NCBI GenBank assembly: GCA_002269645.1
Contig: NIVC01000305.1
Location: 248,001 to 312,000 of the forward strand
Reading direction: 5' to 3'
DNA length: 64,000 bases
Source: Macrostomum lignano
Taxonomy: Eukaryota
The position numbers were made by a program, and so were the translations under genes. The notes beneath the pieces are model-generated. The model saw only the letters and a list, made by a program, of their open reading frames with translations. It made no database searches and was not told the DNA's origin. Below, piece by piece: positions 25,052-38,107 of the stretch (positions are counted from its first letter, which is position 1; every line of letters begins with the position of its first letter).

Positions 25052-28000
25052 TTAGTGTCTGCTTCCCCACTGCTGGAGCAGGTCGGACACTTGACAGGTC
25101 CGGTACCTGACAGGCGGGCGGATGGGGCGTCCGTACCTGGATCTGGGTACGTCAGCCGGGGCTGGTGGCTCAGCTGCTTGCGCAGCGACTGGATTCGCAG
25201 CAATCTCAGGTGGTTCTATTTGCTCGGAGGAAGGGTCCCCCAAGGAAGCCGTGTACAGCGACTCTGAGCTGTCTTGGCTGTGGCTGGTGTCAGTGTCTGT
25301 GCTGTCAGTGTCAGTGTCTGGTTGTGGCTGTCCCTCAATAGCTACAGCATCGCCAGCTTCGGCGAATGGTTGGCCTTCTCCCGCTTCAGCTCCCGCCCCC
25401 TCCTCAAAGGCGCCTGAAGCTGGCGGTGGTGGATTTGGCCCTGGCGCTCTGCGTGGGCTCTCTGGCCGGGCAGAGGAAGGCTGGGGAATGGTGACGAGGC
25501 TAAGCTCGCTCGCGGGTCCGCTGGGCGGGTTCACACTAGGCGCTGGAGACCTGGCATGGGTGGCCTCACCATACCGGTCAACTACGTCTTGGTAAGTGGG
25601 CTGTCTGATGCACGGTTTGAGGCGGTCAATGTTGTAAATGTTATGGCGCGGATTTGGCACCCGATCTGCTGGGTTTAGGAGACCATACTCGGGGACTAAA
25701 CGGTAAGTCCGCTCGGAGCAGCGCTGCACTACTCGGTATGGCCCCAACCACACAGCGGGTTCTATGCCCTTGTGGTTCGGGTTCAAGACCCAGACTAACT
25801 CTCCCTCGTGGAACTCAGCGCGGAGGGCGCGGCGGTCGTAATACCTTTTCTGCCTCTCCTGGGCTTTACCCCTAGTGCGGCGGGCTAGGGCAGAGGTTTC
25901 GACTAGCGTGCGGTGCAACTGGTGGGCGTACCTCTCCGGCTGGTAGTGTTCATTTGGCGGTGGATTGTGACAGAGGTCGAGCGGTAGTTCGAACTCACGC
26001 CCGAAGAAAAGTTTGGCTGGAGTAAATCCGGTGGATTCGGCGACTGTGGCACGGATTGACAGGGCGGCCAGGCGGCTGGCAAGGGGCCAGTCGCATTGTC
26101 TCTCAAGACAGATGGCTCTAATCTGGGCTTTCACCGTCTGGATCATCCTCTCAGCTTTACCGTTAGCCTGAGGGCGACGGGCTGTGATCCGACCCATGTC
26201 AATCTGTAGGAGCCTAGTTAATTCTATCATGGTACTATTGATGAAGGCAGTTCCGTTATCAGACACCAACTGCTCCATCACCCCATACCTGGCAACCCAT
26301 TCAGTCAGGATGGTTGTGGCAGTGGTCTCTGCGCTGACGTCGGGAACAGGAACTACTTCGACAAACCCGGTGAACCGGTCAATCATAACCAGCAGGTACT
26401 TGTACCCCTCACACTCTTCGAATGGGCCTGCGTGGTCCACGTGGACAACCTGGTTCGGGTAGCCGGACAGTTCTGGTTGCATAGGGGCCTTGAGCTTACG
26501 CTTTGACTTCTTAGTCTTAGCGCAAACGGTGCATTCGGCCAGGACCCCCTTGACTATAGTATCTAAGTCGGAAATAACGAAGCGCGCCTTCAGGGCGGCC
26601 ATCGTCTTGGTGATACCGCAATGGTTCAACTGGCCATGATACTGAAGGACCAGATGACCGACGTCTGCGGTCTCAGGCACCACCAGGCGCCTGTTGGCAG
26701 TCTTGGCTTTGGAGGATTTGGCTAAGTACAATAGACCCTCGACTACTTCAAGGTCATTGAATTGAGCCCAGAGTGAGCGCATTTCCCGGCTACAACCCTG
26801 CAGTTCGGCCTTGGACAATGGCTCAGTCTTACACTGGACACTGGCGATTAGGCGCGCCATGTCAACACAGGAGTCCTGGGCATTCTGGGCCCAGATGAGC
26901 TCAGGTGGCACTTGGGATTCGGTTTCAGGTTGACGGGATTCAGTCTCTGGGCTAGGAACAGCACCGCTAGCAGTAGCGCGGACATTCGGCGTTGGTTCAG
27001 CCGGGGCATCTGTGTCAGTCTGACACGCTACGCTAATGCCTATGGTCTGGACGCACACCTGTCGCAGTTCTCTAGAGGGGGGCGTACGCCGGTGCTTTGG
27101 GTCTTGGTCCAGGAATTTCCCCTTAAATTCTGGAATCTGGCTGCACGTCGGGCAGTCAAAGTGATCGGCTCTGAATTTTGGCAGTTTACTAAGAGCGTCA
27201 GCAGGCACGTGGTCAACGCCTGGACGGTACTGGACTGTGAAATCGTATTCGGCTATTCGTTCTAGAGTGGACTGCTGGACCTTCAGCGGGTACAGTTCAA
27301 TGGTGGCAAGCCATTGGGCCAGCATACCAGTGGCATGCTTCTTAGAATGCAGCCATTTGAGCGCGGCCGCGTCCACCCGGACAGTGAAAGGCTTGTCTAA
27401 TAGATAAGGACGGAAATGCTCGAGCATCAGAACGAGCCCTAGCAACTCCCTCATGGTGGCGCAGTAGTTTCTCTGGCTACTGTTGAATTTTTTGGATGCG
27501 TAAGCTATAACTTGCTCTTGGCCATCTGGCCCGAGCTGGTACAGCACACCCCCAGTGCCGTCAAGCGAGCTATCGCAGTCCAAAATAAATTCGCGCCCTT
27601 TGGCAGAGAGGTCTGGATACGCCAGAATCGGTGGTGAACAGAGGCTATGTTTGAGTTCTTGGAAAGCCCGTTCATGATGCGGTTGCCATAGAAACGGAGC
27701 ATCCTTTTTGGCTAAGGCATACAAAGGCGTGGCGATGATTGAGAATCGCGGCACGAATTTCCGGTAATAATTCGCAAATCCCAAGAATGATAGAAGCTGT
27801 TTCTTAGAAAGCGGTTTAGGCCAGTCTTGGACAGCCTGAGTCTTCGCTGGGTCAGCCTCAATGCCCCGGCTAGACACAACGAACCCCAGGAATGCGACCT
27901 TGTCCTTAAACAGCTCACACTTAGACGGCTTAATTTTGAGACCGGCTTTTCTAAGCTGCCAGAGGACCAGCGCGAGATGCGCGATCATTTGGTCATTGTT

Positions 28001-30817
28001 GACAGCCTTAATGATAATGTCGTCTAAATAGATGAGGCTGACCTTCATCAGGAGAGGTCTAAACACTTTGTGCATCAGTTTCGCGAAATTGGCAGGTGCC
28101 GTCTTGATCCCGAATGGTACTACCTTCCAGCGGAAGGTGCCTTGGGGGCAGGCAAAGGCGGTGTAATCTCTAGCCTCCTCTTTGATCCCTACCTGCCAGT
28201 ACGCGGAGGTCAGGTCAAGGCTAGAGAATACAGTGGCCCCGGCAAGGCTGTCAAAAGATTCTTCTATGAGTGGCAGAGGGAAGCTACACGGCTTGATGAG
28301 CTTATTGACGGCCCTATAGTCTATACACAAGCGTTGAGTGCCGTCCTTCTTCTTGACTAGAACGATAGGTGACACCCAGTCGGAGTCGCATTCCTCGATG
28401 ACCCCTTGCTCGAGCATCTGCGCTATGTTCTGGTCTAGGAATTCCTTTTGGGCTGGCGTAGTGCGCCTGTATGGTTGCGCAACAGGCTTGGCCTTGGGAT
28501 CTATTAACTCTATGCCCATCTCGTGTAATGTGGTATGGCCTAAATCTGCGTTTGATCGAGAGATTTGGCTATTGAAGTAGTTGAGCAGTTTCAATACGGT
28601 GGCGAGTTGGCCCCTAGACAATTTGGCTTGGTCTAGTTGGAACTGCGTTGTCAGCCATTTGGCTAACTCCCTACTAGGCGGCGACAGCTTACTGAGTTGG
28701 CTGGTGAGGTTAGCTACATTGTCCAGGCTAAAGTCAGACTCCTTCAGGGTCGTCTGAGCTATGACCTCATGGCTATCTAATTCCTGGAATGAGGCAATTT
28801 CTTGCCCCCTAGTTATCTGAATAGGCTGCTCCCCACTGTTGAGCCCGCGCACTAGTATGTGGTTAGTATCGCTAACTGAGTCTAGAGTCTTAGCTACCAA
28901 CTGTTCGGTCTCTGGTCCGAGGATCCGGGACATGACTATACCGGAGGTGTACGGCGAAGAGTCGAGGACACGACTGGGAATCAGGGTTTCCGAGTGCGGG
29001 GGCAATTCTACGGTGCCGGCGGCCATCACTCTTCGGAGTTGGAAAATTCCCTTGTCCCCCTCAATGACTGGTACTGACACCCCTGCTACTAAAGCTCGGC
29101 CAGAGTTGAAGTCTAGCAGCATCTCGAAGCTGCGCAGGAAATCCATGCCTAACAGGGCTTCCGTGGTACAGTAAGCAGTGACTAAGAATACATGCTGTTT
29201 AGTCGTATTACCTAAGTTGATTTCGCAGCGTAACGATCCTAGAATGTCTACCTGAGAGCCGCCGAAGGCGGTGGCACGCTGCTTATTGGCACTAGGCGTG
29301 AATATGTTATTGACGGGGTCAGCTGCAACCAGTTTGGCCTTCACGTCAGCACCCATGATGCTGGCATTGGCGCCTGAGTCTAGACAGGCCAGAACTTTAG
29401 AGTCTCCTACTCCTAGCTGCACGAAATAGCTAGACTCAAAGGTGTCAGCTGTGTACCCCCCTTGTCGGCATTGTGGATCACTGTCCCCTGGCTGAGGTTG
29501 CACATTACAGGCCTTGTCGTGCTGGCGCCCGGGGTCGACCTGGCGCTGGAATTTCACCCTAGTCCCCCTAAGGCGGTGCTGCTCGACTAGGCTACGCAGG
29601 CTGGGAGACAGTTGGCTAATGTGAACGAACAATTTCTCTGGCAGGTGCTCAGATTGGATGAACCCGTAATTCTGAGACCATGTGGCAATGGTTCCTAGTT
29701 CAGTCGTGACTTTTCCACGGCTGGGCTGCTGATTTTGGCTCCCCCGGGGCTGCTTTGGCGACTGTGGCCTCGGCGAGGGCGATGGACAGTCAGCGATCAG
29801 GTGATCGGTCTGGCCGCATCGATGGCAAGCCCGCGGAGGGCGAGGAGCTGGCCTAGGTTGTCTATAGGTTTGGCTAACTTGTGGTGGGCCCCCAGTGGGC
29901 TCTGTGCGAGCGGGCCCCTGATTGGTAGTGACAGGCGGAGTGGTCTGGCTTAATCTATTGGCTTGGTCGGTCACCATCTTCTCAAGCTCAGCGACCCTCT
30001 GTTCTAACGCTTTCTTCTCAGCGTCAGGTTCTATGGCACGAACCTTGGCTATAGTAGAAGGCACGTTCAGAAGCTGGCGGACCCCGACAAGATCTTTGGC
30101 CTTCTGCATCAGCTCTTCTGCAGAGGTGGCACTGTCGGTTTCCTGATCCCATAAGAGGAGCTTTTCGGCGAGGTCCTTATCCCTCAGCCCATGGCAGAAT
30201 CTGGCCTTGAGTAGGGGCTTCGCTTCAGCGAGCGAGAGACCCGCTAGTCTAGAATAGGAGACCAGTCTGTCGAAGAAATCAGACATCTGCTCATTATGAG
30301 ATTGGGCGGCAGCAACTAATTCTACGTAGGCCTTGTCCTACTTCTTGGCATCGGTATACCTTTCCCTGAGCAGCCGAAGCGCAGATTCGAAAGGCAACTG
30401 GTCACACCGGTAATTAAGATATACCTCTTGGCATTCGGCTGACAGCAAAGATACGAGAATGGCGGACTTCTGGTCCTCGGGAACGCGGCAAGTGGCTAGA
30501 TACGAAGTAAGCTGAGCTTCCCACGTATCAAAGTTCATCTTCGGCTGATAAGCGATTGGAGGGCGAAGGCGTATGTCTGGCTTCGCAGGCGGCGAGGAAT
30601 TTGGCGCTGACGGCGAGGAAACGGCGAGACGCTCTTCGAGCATCCGGTGAAGAGAGGCTAAGGTTTGAGTCAACAAGAGTTGCTCACTAGGAGCTGGCGC
30701 GGCGGCAGCAGCTGCACCTGCTGGCTGCTCACCGGCATCGACTGCGTCCTGATCTGGCACGACGGCATCTCCGTCAGCCAATGACGCTGCAGCGTGGTTG
30801 TCCCCGTTGTCGGACAT
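25052..30817 (-). CDS. Gypsy Gag-Pol: capsid, CCHC, CSD-like, protease, RT, RNase H, integrase; in-frame TAG at 30338-30340
   Basis: CHRCGQTDHLIADC; LDSGA; WVSPIVLVKKKDG.QRLCIDYR; YLDDII; LDCDSS; HVDHAGPF; VSDNGTAF; ANGKAER. ORFs 30338..30817 and 25052..30286 are in the same frame, 17 codons apart. Confidence 0.95.
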
Positions 30818-31551
30818 TGTGCAAGATTGAGTGAGACGAATGAACCAAGCGTGAACGAAAATAAGGCTCCAGAGAAAACGAATTGAGGTTGATGACGCGA
30901 GAGAGATGAGAGAGATTGCGTCCTACTAACAAAAATACGTGCCTGACAGGGGCAAACCACAAAAAGCCTAGTATAGGGGAGAGTCCTATCACGCAAACCA
31001 CCCGGACTAACTGTCAGGCAATAGTCCCTACAAACAATCAGCGCACAGCGTAACCTGGCGTGGCTTGGCACACGCAGCGGAGCTATCTTGGCAGAGCGTA
31101 AGCTCGAGCTCAACGCAGTTGACAGCGACGACCAGCGACGACTCGCGGCGACGAGCGAAGACCGGCCGGGCAGTCAGGACCCCTGGGCCTGACGTGGCAC
31201 AGGCTCTCGCAGCCTTGCGGACCGAACCTCAGGCGTGGCACAGGCTCTCGCAGCCTTGCGGACCGAACCTCAGGCGTAGCACAGGCAGGCAGGTGCTCAG
31301 TCACGAGCCGGCAGAGCTGAGCAGAAGTCTCGCTGGTGGCTGGTCCTTGGTTGCAGACTGGCAGGACTGAGACGAAGTCTTGATGGCGCTGATTACGAGC
31401 TGGCAGGGCTGAGCAGAAGTCTTGATGGCACTGACTTAGTTGTGAGCCGGCAGTGCTGAGTAGGCGTCTCGGTGGTGCTTAGTTTCGAACGTGTTGATGT
31501 TGAGCAGAATCTCAGTGGCGCTTAGTTGCGAACCGGCAGTGCTGAGCTTGG

Positions 31552-31568
31552 TCTCGGTGGGACCTCCA
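31552..31568 (-). other. Primer-binding site for tRNA-Gln
   Basis: The + strand tctcggtgggacctcca equals the 3' end of metazoan tRNA-Gln(UUG) including CCA. It lies 6 nt from the 5' LTR. Confidence 0.85.
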
Positions 31569-31574
31569 AAATTA

Positions 31575-32404
31575 TGTCACGTTATTGGCGTAGCGGCCAG
31601 CTATGCGGTGACCCTTAAAAGGGCCGTTTTAGTCCCAAAATAAGTTGAAGTCAATTCTTGTAAAGCGGATTTTGTAGCGGAGCACTTGGCGATAAAGGCA
31701 GGAACTGCCGTAGTTGTCTTTATTGTTAATATCAGTATTAAGTTTGGTTGTTACTGGCAATAAACAGACTATAGCTTTCTGGGCACTGGCGGCTGCAACA
31801 ATGGGTTGAATATAATTTGGATATGAAGTCAAGTGGCAGGCGAATGACACAATGGCGACGTGACGTGAGCAGTGGCTATGAGCACAGTGAAGGCAGTGAA
31901 ACGTAGTGGCGAGTTGGCGTCGGTCGTGGCGTGAAACAGTCAAGTAAGTGTGTGAGCAGGCTGGCCCAGACAGAAGGGCCGTGGCGAGAAATAAGGAGGC
32001 TCGAGGCAGCCAGACAAACAGATAAGACAGCTAAGAGGCCGCAGGGAAGGAAACAAGGAACAAGCGGAGAGAGAGGAGAGGGAGGAGAGAGGAGTGCCCG
32101 CCGCCAGGCGGGGGTTTAATAAAAGAGCGCAGAGGGGGTAGCGCGAAGCACGAGTGATTTCATTGGCTGGCGAGAGAACTTAAAATTATCGATCGTGCCA
32201 ATTTTATACGGTTGCGAGAGAGGATAGCAAAATATACAATGAATTATAAATTGCGACAAAATCGTTGGGCACTACTACAAGTAAACGTCGCAATAAACGA
32301 ATGGAAAAGTTTAGTTGAAACGGTGAAACTGAAGGGTTGAATGACTATGGAGAACAGCAGTCCAACGGCCCTTTTCGGGACCACCTTAAACTGACAACGT
32401 CACA
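31575..32404 (-). repeat. 5' LTR of element A (830 bp)
   Basis: TG...CA ends; minus-strand TATTAAA near 32120 and AATAAA near 31715. Confidence 0.9.
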
Positions 32405-33439
32405 TACTGCTAAAATTTTTTAAGATGCTTAAATAGCTATAAACAAGGCAAATTATCTTTTAGGGCATTAAAATGAACCAAGACAAGTTGACAAATATAA
32501 ATAAAATGATGAAGTATAGTTGGTTTCTTGCCTATGGTTGTCTAGAAGTCTTCAATTGAATCGCTGCCACCAATGAAGTACAGGTGTAATATTTTATTCC
32601 TTGTCTTAGAGGCAGTCTGAACTGTTAGCAATCGTGACAAATAATTAGCTGAATCATCGTATTGATTTAATGTATGTTCACTCTATATGTACATCGCAGG
32701 CTTAACTTCAACTTGCATAAATAAAGCGATCACTGCCTCACGGGGCCTTCGTGTTTTTGGTGCTGCCAAATACCGCGTGTTACAAGTGGTAGCAGAGTGT
32801 ACTATGGCAGAGGGCGGCAGTCACCATGCGATTCCTAGCCCAGTAAAAAATTTACGTCCGGACCAACGTACGACCACTCGTTGGCCAGGCCAACTCCTCT
32901 GGTCGGTCAACCGTCCGTCTTTGTTCGGTCGGGCCTACGTCGGGCAAGAAAAAATGAAGAAATGTTTTTTACTGCTACTTCTAGTAGCTCGTAAAAAATA
33001 TTTATACCGCAATTTGAATGGCCCACTGTATACTTCAGATTTTAATTGAGAATTTAGTACTTGAAATCAAAGCGTTTCAGTTCAGTTGTGAGTATCTTTT
33101 CACATTGTTTCATCGAAATGACAAGATTTTGATGTTGAAATTTAAAACATAGCATAGCATTGGATTGTGAGAGTGCATGAATATTTAAAGCAAAAAGTAA
33201 AAATGAAAACAATACATCAAATGAATGAGCAAATATGGTGAGAGATAAGATTGTACATGTAATAAATAATTTTAATTTCTCTGATTTCAATCGGCAACCC
33301 TATGCCCCTATATAGTATTTAATGCTGACAGCACGAGCGACTCAAGTGCGAGTGAAGACGAGCAGCAGTTAGAGATCCGCCTCGTCAGCCTGGCCAATGT
33401 TAGTCAGCAGTCGCCGCAACAATCAACGCTCACGCCGTC

Positions 33440-34860
33440 ATTGATGGCGACGACAGTGTCGAAGCAAGTTCAAGTTCAAGCGTCTGAAAACTTGCGACGG
33501 ACGGCGACGACCCAGATGACACAGCCGCCAACACCGACTACTAGCCGGCGAGCGGTTTTTGACAGCCCCGGTGCATCTATGGCGTTTTCTGCAAATGGCC
33601 TTGACAGCCTGACTGCTGAAATCGAGCAGAAGCTGGGTTGCAGCGTGCAATCAGAGCGAGGCATTGCCTTCATGCTTGTCAACCTTTTGCGTGACCAGGC
33701 TGCAACTAGGGAAAGCGCCGAGAGGCACCGGCGGTCTGTTAGAGCAGAGTTGGCAGGAATACGCCTTTCAATTTCTGAGCTCATCAAGCGGTAAGATCGA
33801 CTGGAGAAGAAAATTGACTCTCTCAGGCTCGACGAGGGGACAAATAATGAGCAGAGTGCAAGTGAAAACCCAAATTTAGGGGTGCGAAACCCATGGCCAC
33901 TGAGCAGCTGGGACGAGTACATCAACTCTATCAATTCTCCCTTCATGAAGGCACAGCTGGTAAGTGCATAAAGTTTGTAATTTCCAGTTACTTTACTTAT
34001 TAATAAGAGTTAAGAGTTCAGAATTATGCTTTGCCAGCTTTGCTTTGCTCTGAACTTGTTTTGCTTAGAAATGCGTTTTATAGCTGCTACTTATAGTATA
34101 AAGAAGTGAGCTTTAGTTAATAGCATCAAGATTAGAAATAAAAAGTTATCGAAAATAAACCCTAGTGCACATAGCCAAGATAAATGGAACTAATTTTTTT
34201 TATCTACAAATTTTAATTACTATAAATGACTTAGCTTGAACTCGAATAACTACTTCTCAATACTCAGAAACTGGAGCTACTCTTCTGCAAGGCGGATAGT
34301 GGTTGGCGTGTTACGTTGGGCCTAATGTTGGACAAAGTGCTTTCCGTACCAATGCAGCGACAGATCAACTACAGCGGCAAAAAAATTGCTAAAACGATCT
34401 GGCAGCACTGACCTGACTGATACTCAACTCAGCTTCCAGCGGGTGTTGCTTCCAGTTTTTATGGGTGAGAAAGACAATGCATAGATGAATATGTACTTTA
34501 CAATAAGCTTAAATGTAAAATATAATTTTTATTTCATTTTACAATCTCAGATGTAATTGAATCTCTGTACGGTGCTAAGCGACCAAGTGACCGGAATGTT
34601 GAGAAGGCGGTCATCTCAGCACTGAAGCACGCTGGTGACCGTGACGGGGGTCGTACCCAGCGTCGGAAGCCGGCAGCGGTAGCTGCTGAACAAGGCCAAA
34701 TTCAGGCTTCCAATGCCGCTGCTTGCGCTGCGACTGCGTCACCCACAGCAAACACAGCATTATCGCTAAGTTCACTCCTGCTGTCCGGCGTGGCTCAAAG
34801 CGTTTTTGTAACGATAATGAAGATGTAATCGTAGATGACTTGTTTAGTCTTTAACTTTTT
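33440..34860 (+). pseudogene. CACTA accessory gene (DUF4806/BEN-like), spliced, with a stop
   Basis: Exon fragments ..LSISELIKR*DRLEKKI, LDKVLS..RQINYSGKK and VEKAVISALKHAGDRDGGR; GTAAGT donor near 33960. Confidence 0.5.
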
Positions 34861-35180
34861 TTATAATTATACGACTGCAAATTTATGGTGGAAGAAAAAC
34901 AGTAGCAGAACTCGCAGGCTTTCTGCTGTAGAACTTTAGGAGCTTAGTAGTCTACGAGCTCGAATTTTGAAGAGACGGTACCTTGTGATGTAGATAGTAT
35001 GGCTGCATCCTGACACTGCTGTTGTTTACTTCTTTCTTGATTGCGAGCATCAGCATCTGCTCTCGAATGCCACCAGTCTGAATCACTGTCCGTTCGAATC
35101 GTCTGGTAAATGTAATCAAGGTGGCAGTGCTATGAGAATGAAATGAAATATATATCGCTAAAAATATCTCCAGTTTACAC

Positions 35181-35480
35181 TTACGTCGAAATTCGGAACT
35201 CGTGATCTCCCGTCAGACTTGGCCACCACACGTGTTTGATACTCTTCAATACAGTATCAATGCTCGCATTTTTAAGTCGCAACAGTTTTATAACAAAATC
35301 TCTTGTCTGTTTTGTACTGCGATTGTCGTCAAGATAGACCTGGACTATGACAGCATCCCAGAGTTCGTCCTCATATATGGCTAAGCATCGCCACACTTCC
35401 TATGAGTCCCTGTGCATCAACCATTCCTCAGCAGTTTCGCGAGGATGTGGCAGATCACTAATGAACACTTGCTCAGCTGG
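35181..35480 (-). pseudogene. Exon of a divergently oriented CACTA accessory ORF
   Basis: YEDELWDAVIVQVY...KHVWWPS reading frame with splice-like flanks, head to head with the transposase. Confidence 0.3.
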
Positions 35481-35990
35481 CACTTCCAAAACCTCCTTGT
35501 CGTACTTATAAAGAACTAAAAACTTCATTTGTAAACTTATCGAAAATTAGAAATCTAGAAGCAAGAATTGTTTGTTGTTATACCTTTATAATGATAATTA
35601 TTTAAAACTGCGTAGTCTTGAGGGCCCTTTAGTTTACGGTTAGAGTTTTATTAGAAGTTAGGGCTGGTTTTGGGAGTTGGGGCAGACAGCCAATAGGATA
35701 AGAGGCGGCAAATGTCGCATCCAATTGCTGAAGGAAAGAATAGCAGAATGGGTTTTGTTGGCTCCAAAATAGGAAGGGGGGGGGGTAAATTCTACTTTTC
35801 CTTCTGGCGTGCATTGCATGTACACTGTGAACTATGAGTGAGCAACAAAAGAAAATAACTGAGTGGGCGACAGATTGGTGAAATTGGTTAAATTAGATGT
35901 ATTCAGATGTGTTTTGATGCTCTAAAGTCATTTCTAATAATTCCTACAGTACTAATCATTCTAAGCTTCTTTCAACAACTATAAAATGTC

Positions 35991-38020
35991 ATGGAGCATA
36001 GGCGTCGCAGGAAAATGATTCTTCAAGATATACTGCAGGAAGTCGAATTCGATAGCAGTGCAAGTGCAAGTAACGCTGAAGCCGAAGTGTTTGCTGTTCG
36101 CCAGGAGGAAGCACTTGACGCTGCTAACGGTCATACTGCTAGTGAGCAGTCGGAAGATGAAGCGAATAGTGATGCAGAAGAAGGTCCAACCGAAGAAGAA
36201 AATTCTGATGTTTGGGCCGATGAACTATACAATCAAGATGAGGAGAACGAGAACTTCGATGATCCTGTTGCATTTAATGAAATTGATTCTAGCAGCGAAA
36301 GTGGAAGCGATAATGAAGACACGGCTCGGGTACCACCGATGGACCAGAGAGAACTCGAGAAGCCACTAAACGATCTACTATTCAGCTTTTTCATTATTTA
36401 TAATGTGCCTCACAGTGGATTCAGCTTTCTTCTTACTGGCATGCGTCGTCTTGGCCTCCCTGCTGCAAAATCGCGGTTTCGCTTATGGAAGGATCAGAAG
36501 CTATTGAAGACTGAAAAGACTTCTACTATGGGTACTGGGCATTTTTCTTTTGTTTCTATCGTCAAGAATCTGTCTCATCTAATTCGCGAAGGATTTTTAC
36601 AGCTGAAAGACAGGTATAAGACACCCAGTGGAGAAGAAGCGTGTAATTTGGAAATGTCCTGCAATGTTGATGGTCTTCCGGTTTATAAAAGCAGTAATTT
36701 TTCGTTGTGGCCGATTTTATTAAAAGTCATTGGGAGTGGCACCAAACCATTTCCTGTCGCCATATATGCAGGAATCAGTAAGCCGCCGCTGAATGCTTAT
36801 TTGGAAGACTTTTGCGCTGAATTGCGTCTTTTCTTAACCGATGGCGTTGTCATCTGTGGCGTGCGTATTTTTTTGTCATCTGTGCGTTTTGTTTGTGACA
36901 CTCCTGCCCGATCATTTATTTGCAACACTTTTGGCCACACATCTAAAGTAGGATGTGGTTACTGCCGACAGGTAGGAAAATCAAAGAGCCATCGAATGAT
37001 TTATTCCAAAAGTGCAGCGAGTTCAAGAACACCGGATGCTTATCGCTCGGGCCAGGAATCTAATCAAACCGGCAGAGAAATTTCACCACTGTTAAGACTA
37101 CCTAATATTCACTGTCCTAGAGACTTTCCTTGGGATTTCCAGCATGCTATTTGCCTTGGTGTGGTTCGGAAGCTTTTCTATTGCTACTTTTTCAGCGATG
37201 AAGGACGCAGGTGCAAACTGAAACCTGCTGTCATTAAGCGCTTGTCTGATAAAGTACAAACCATAGCATGTTTTACACCAAGTTGCTTTCAGAGGCGTCC
37301 AAGAAGAATAGACTCCGATTTACGGCATTTTAAAGCCACTGAGTACCGCCTATTCGTCCTGTACTGGCACCAATATTGTTTCGCGAATTTCTACCCGATA
37401 AGCTCTACAGGCATTTTCAACTTCTTCATTTTGCTACCTATGTGTATAGCTGTAATAATTACAAGCTTCACGAATTCAATAATACTGCTCAATTGTCCTT
37501 GCAACTCTTTGTAAGAAAAGCAAGATCGCTTTACGGTCGAGCGTGTATGACTTACAATATGCACTCTCTGCTTCATCTGCATCAGTTTGTAGAACAATTT
37601 GGGTGTTTATCTAACTTCAGCACGTTTCCATTTGAGAACTTTTTGTCTGCAATTAAACGACGGCTTAAAGTAACAAGATTTGCATCGACCCACAGTTTCA
37701 ATCAAGTTTTGATTACTGCAGCTTTAGTCTGCCGTGAAAGACAAGAGCCACATCATCATTCGAAAAAGCATGGCGATAACTGCTGCCTTATCGGTTCGAA
37801 GGTGGTTTATATACGATCAGCATACAACAATCTAGTCTCAGGGCAGCTTATGATTCTAAGAAGACCATTGTACAACTATCCTATTGATTCGACAAAACTT
37901 GGAATTGGGATCTACGTAATTTCTCGAACTGTTGTGCAAGGCACTCCAACAGGAAAGTGCTTTATGATTCCCCAAGATGAAGAGTTTGCGGTCATTCCAT
38001 TGTGTGGAAATGATTACTAA
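35991..38020 (+). CDS. CACTA/EnSpm Tnp2-family transposase, frameshift near 37367
   Basis: NVDGLPVYKSSNFSLWPIL, FVCDTPARSFI, GH..K.GCGYC, DFQHAICLGVVRKL, FKATEYRLF, YNMHSLLHL, FPFENFL. Confidence 0.9.
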
Positions 38021-38107
38021 ATACTAATGGTGAGTGATTTTCAAAGCACTTAGTTATTAATTTTCCTGTCTTTCCCTTAGTTGAAAGTTGAAACATTCCC
38101 TCTGAGA

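Larger units (their letters stand above)
22253..32404 (-). mobile_element. Young Ty3/Gypsy LTR retrotransposon (element A)
   Basis: 5' LTR 31575-32404, truncated 3' LTR 22253-22852 nearly identical to it, tRNA-Gln PBS, PPT, gag-pol. Confidence 0.95.
32839..38105 (+). mobile_element. CACTA/EnSpm (CMC) DNA transposon, right end not found
   Basis: Left end CCCAGT followed by subterminal GC-rich repeats; Tnp2-type transposase plus accessory spliced genes. Confidence 0.75.
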
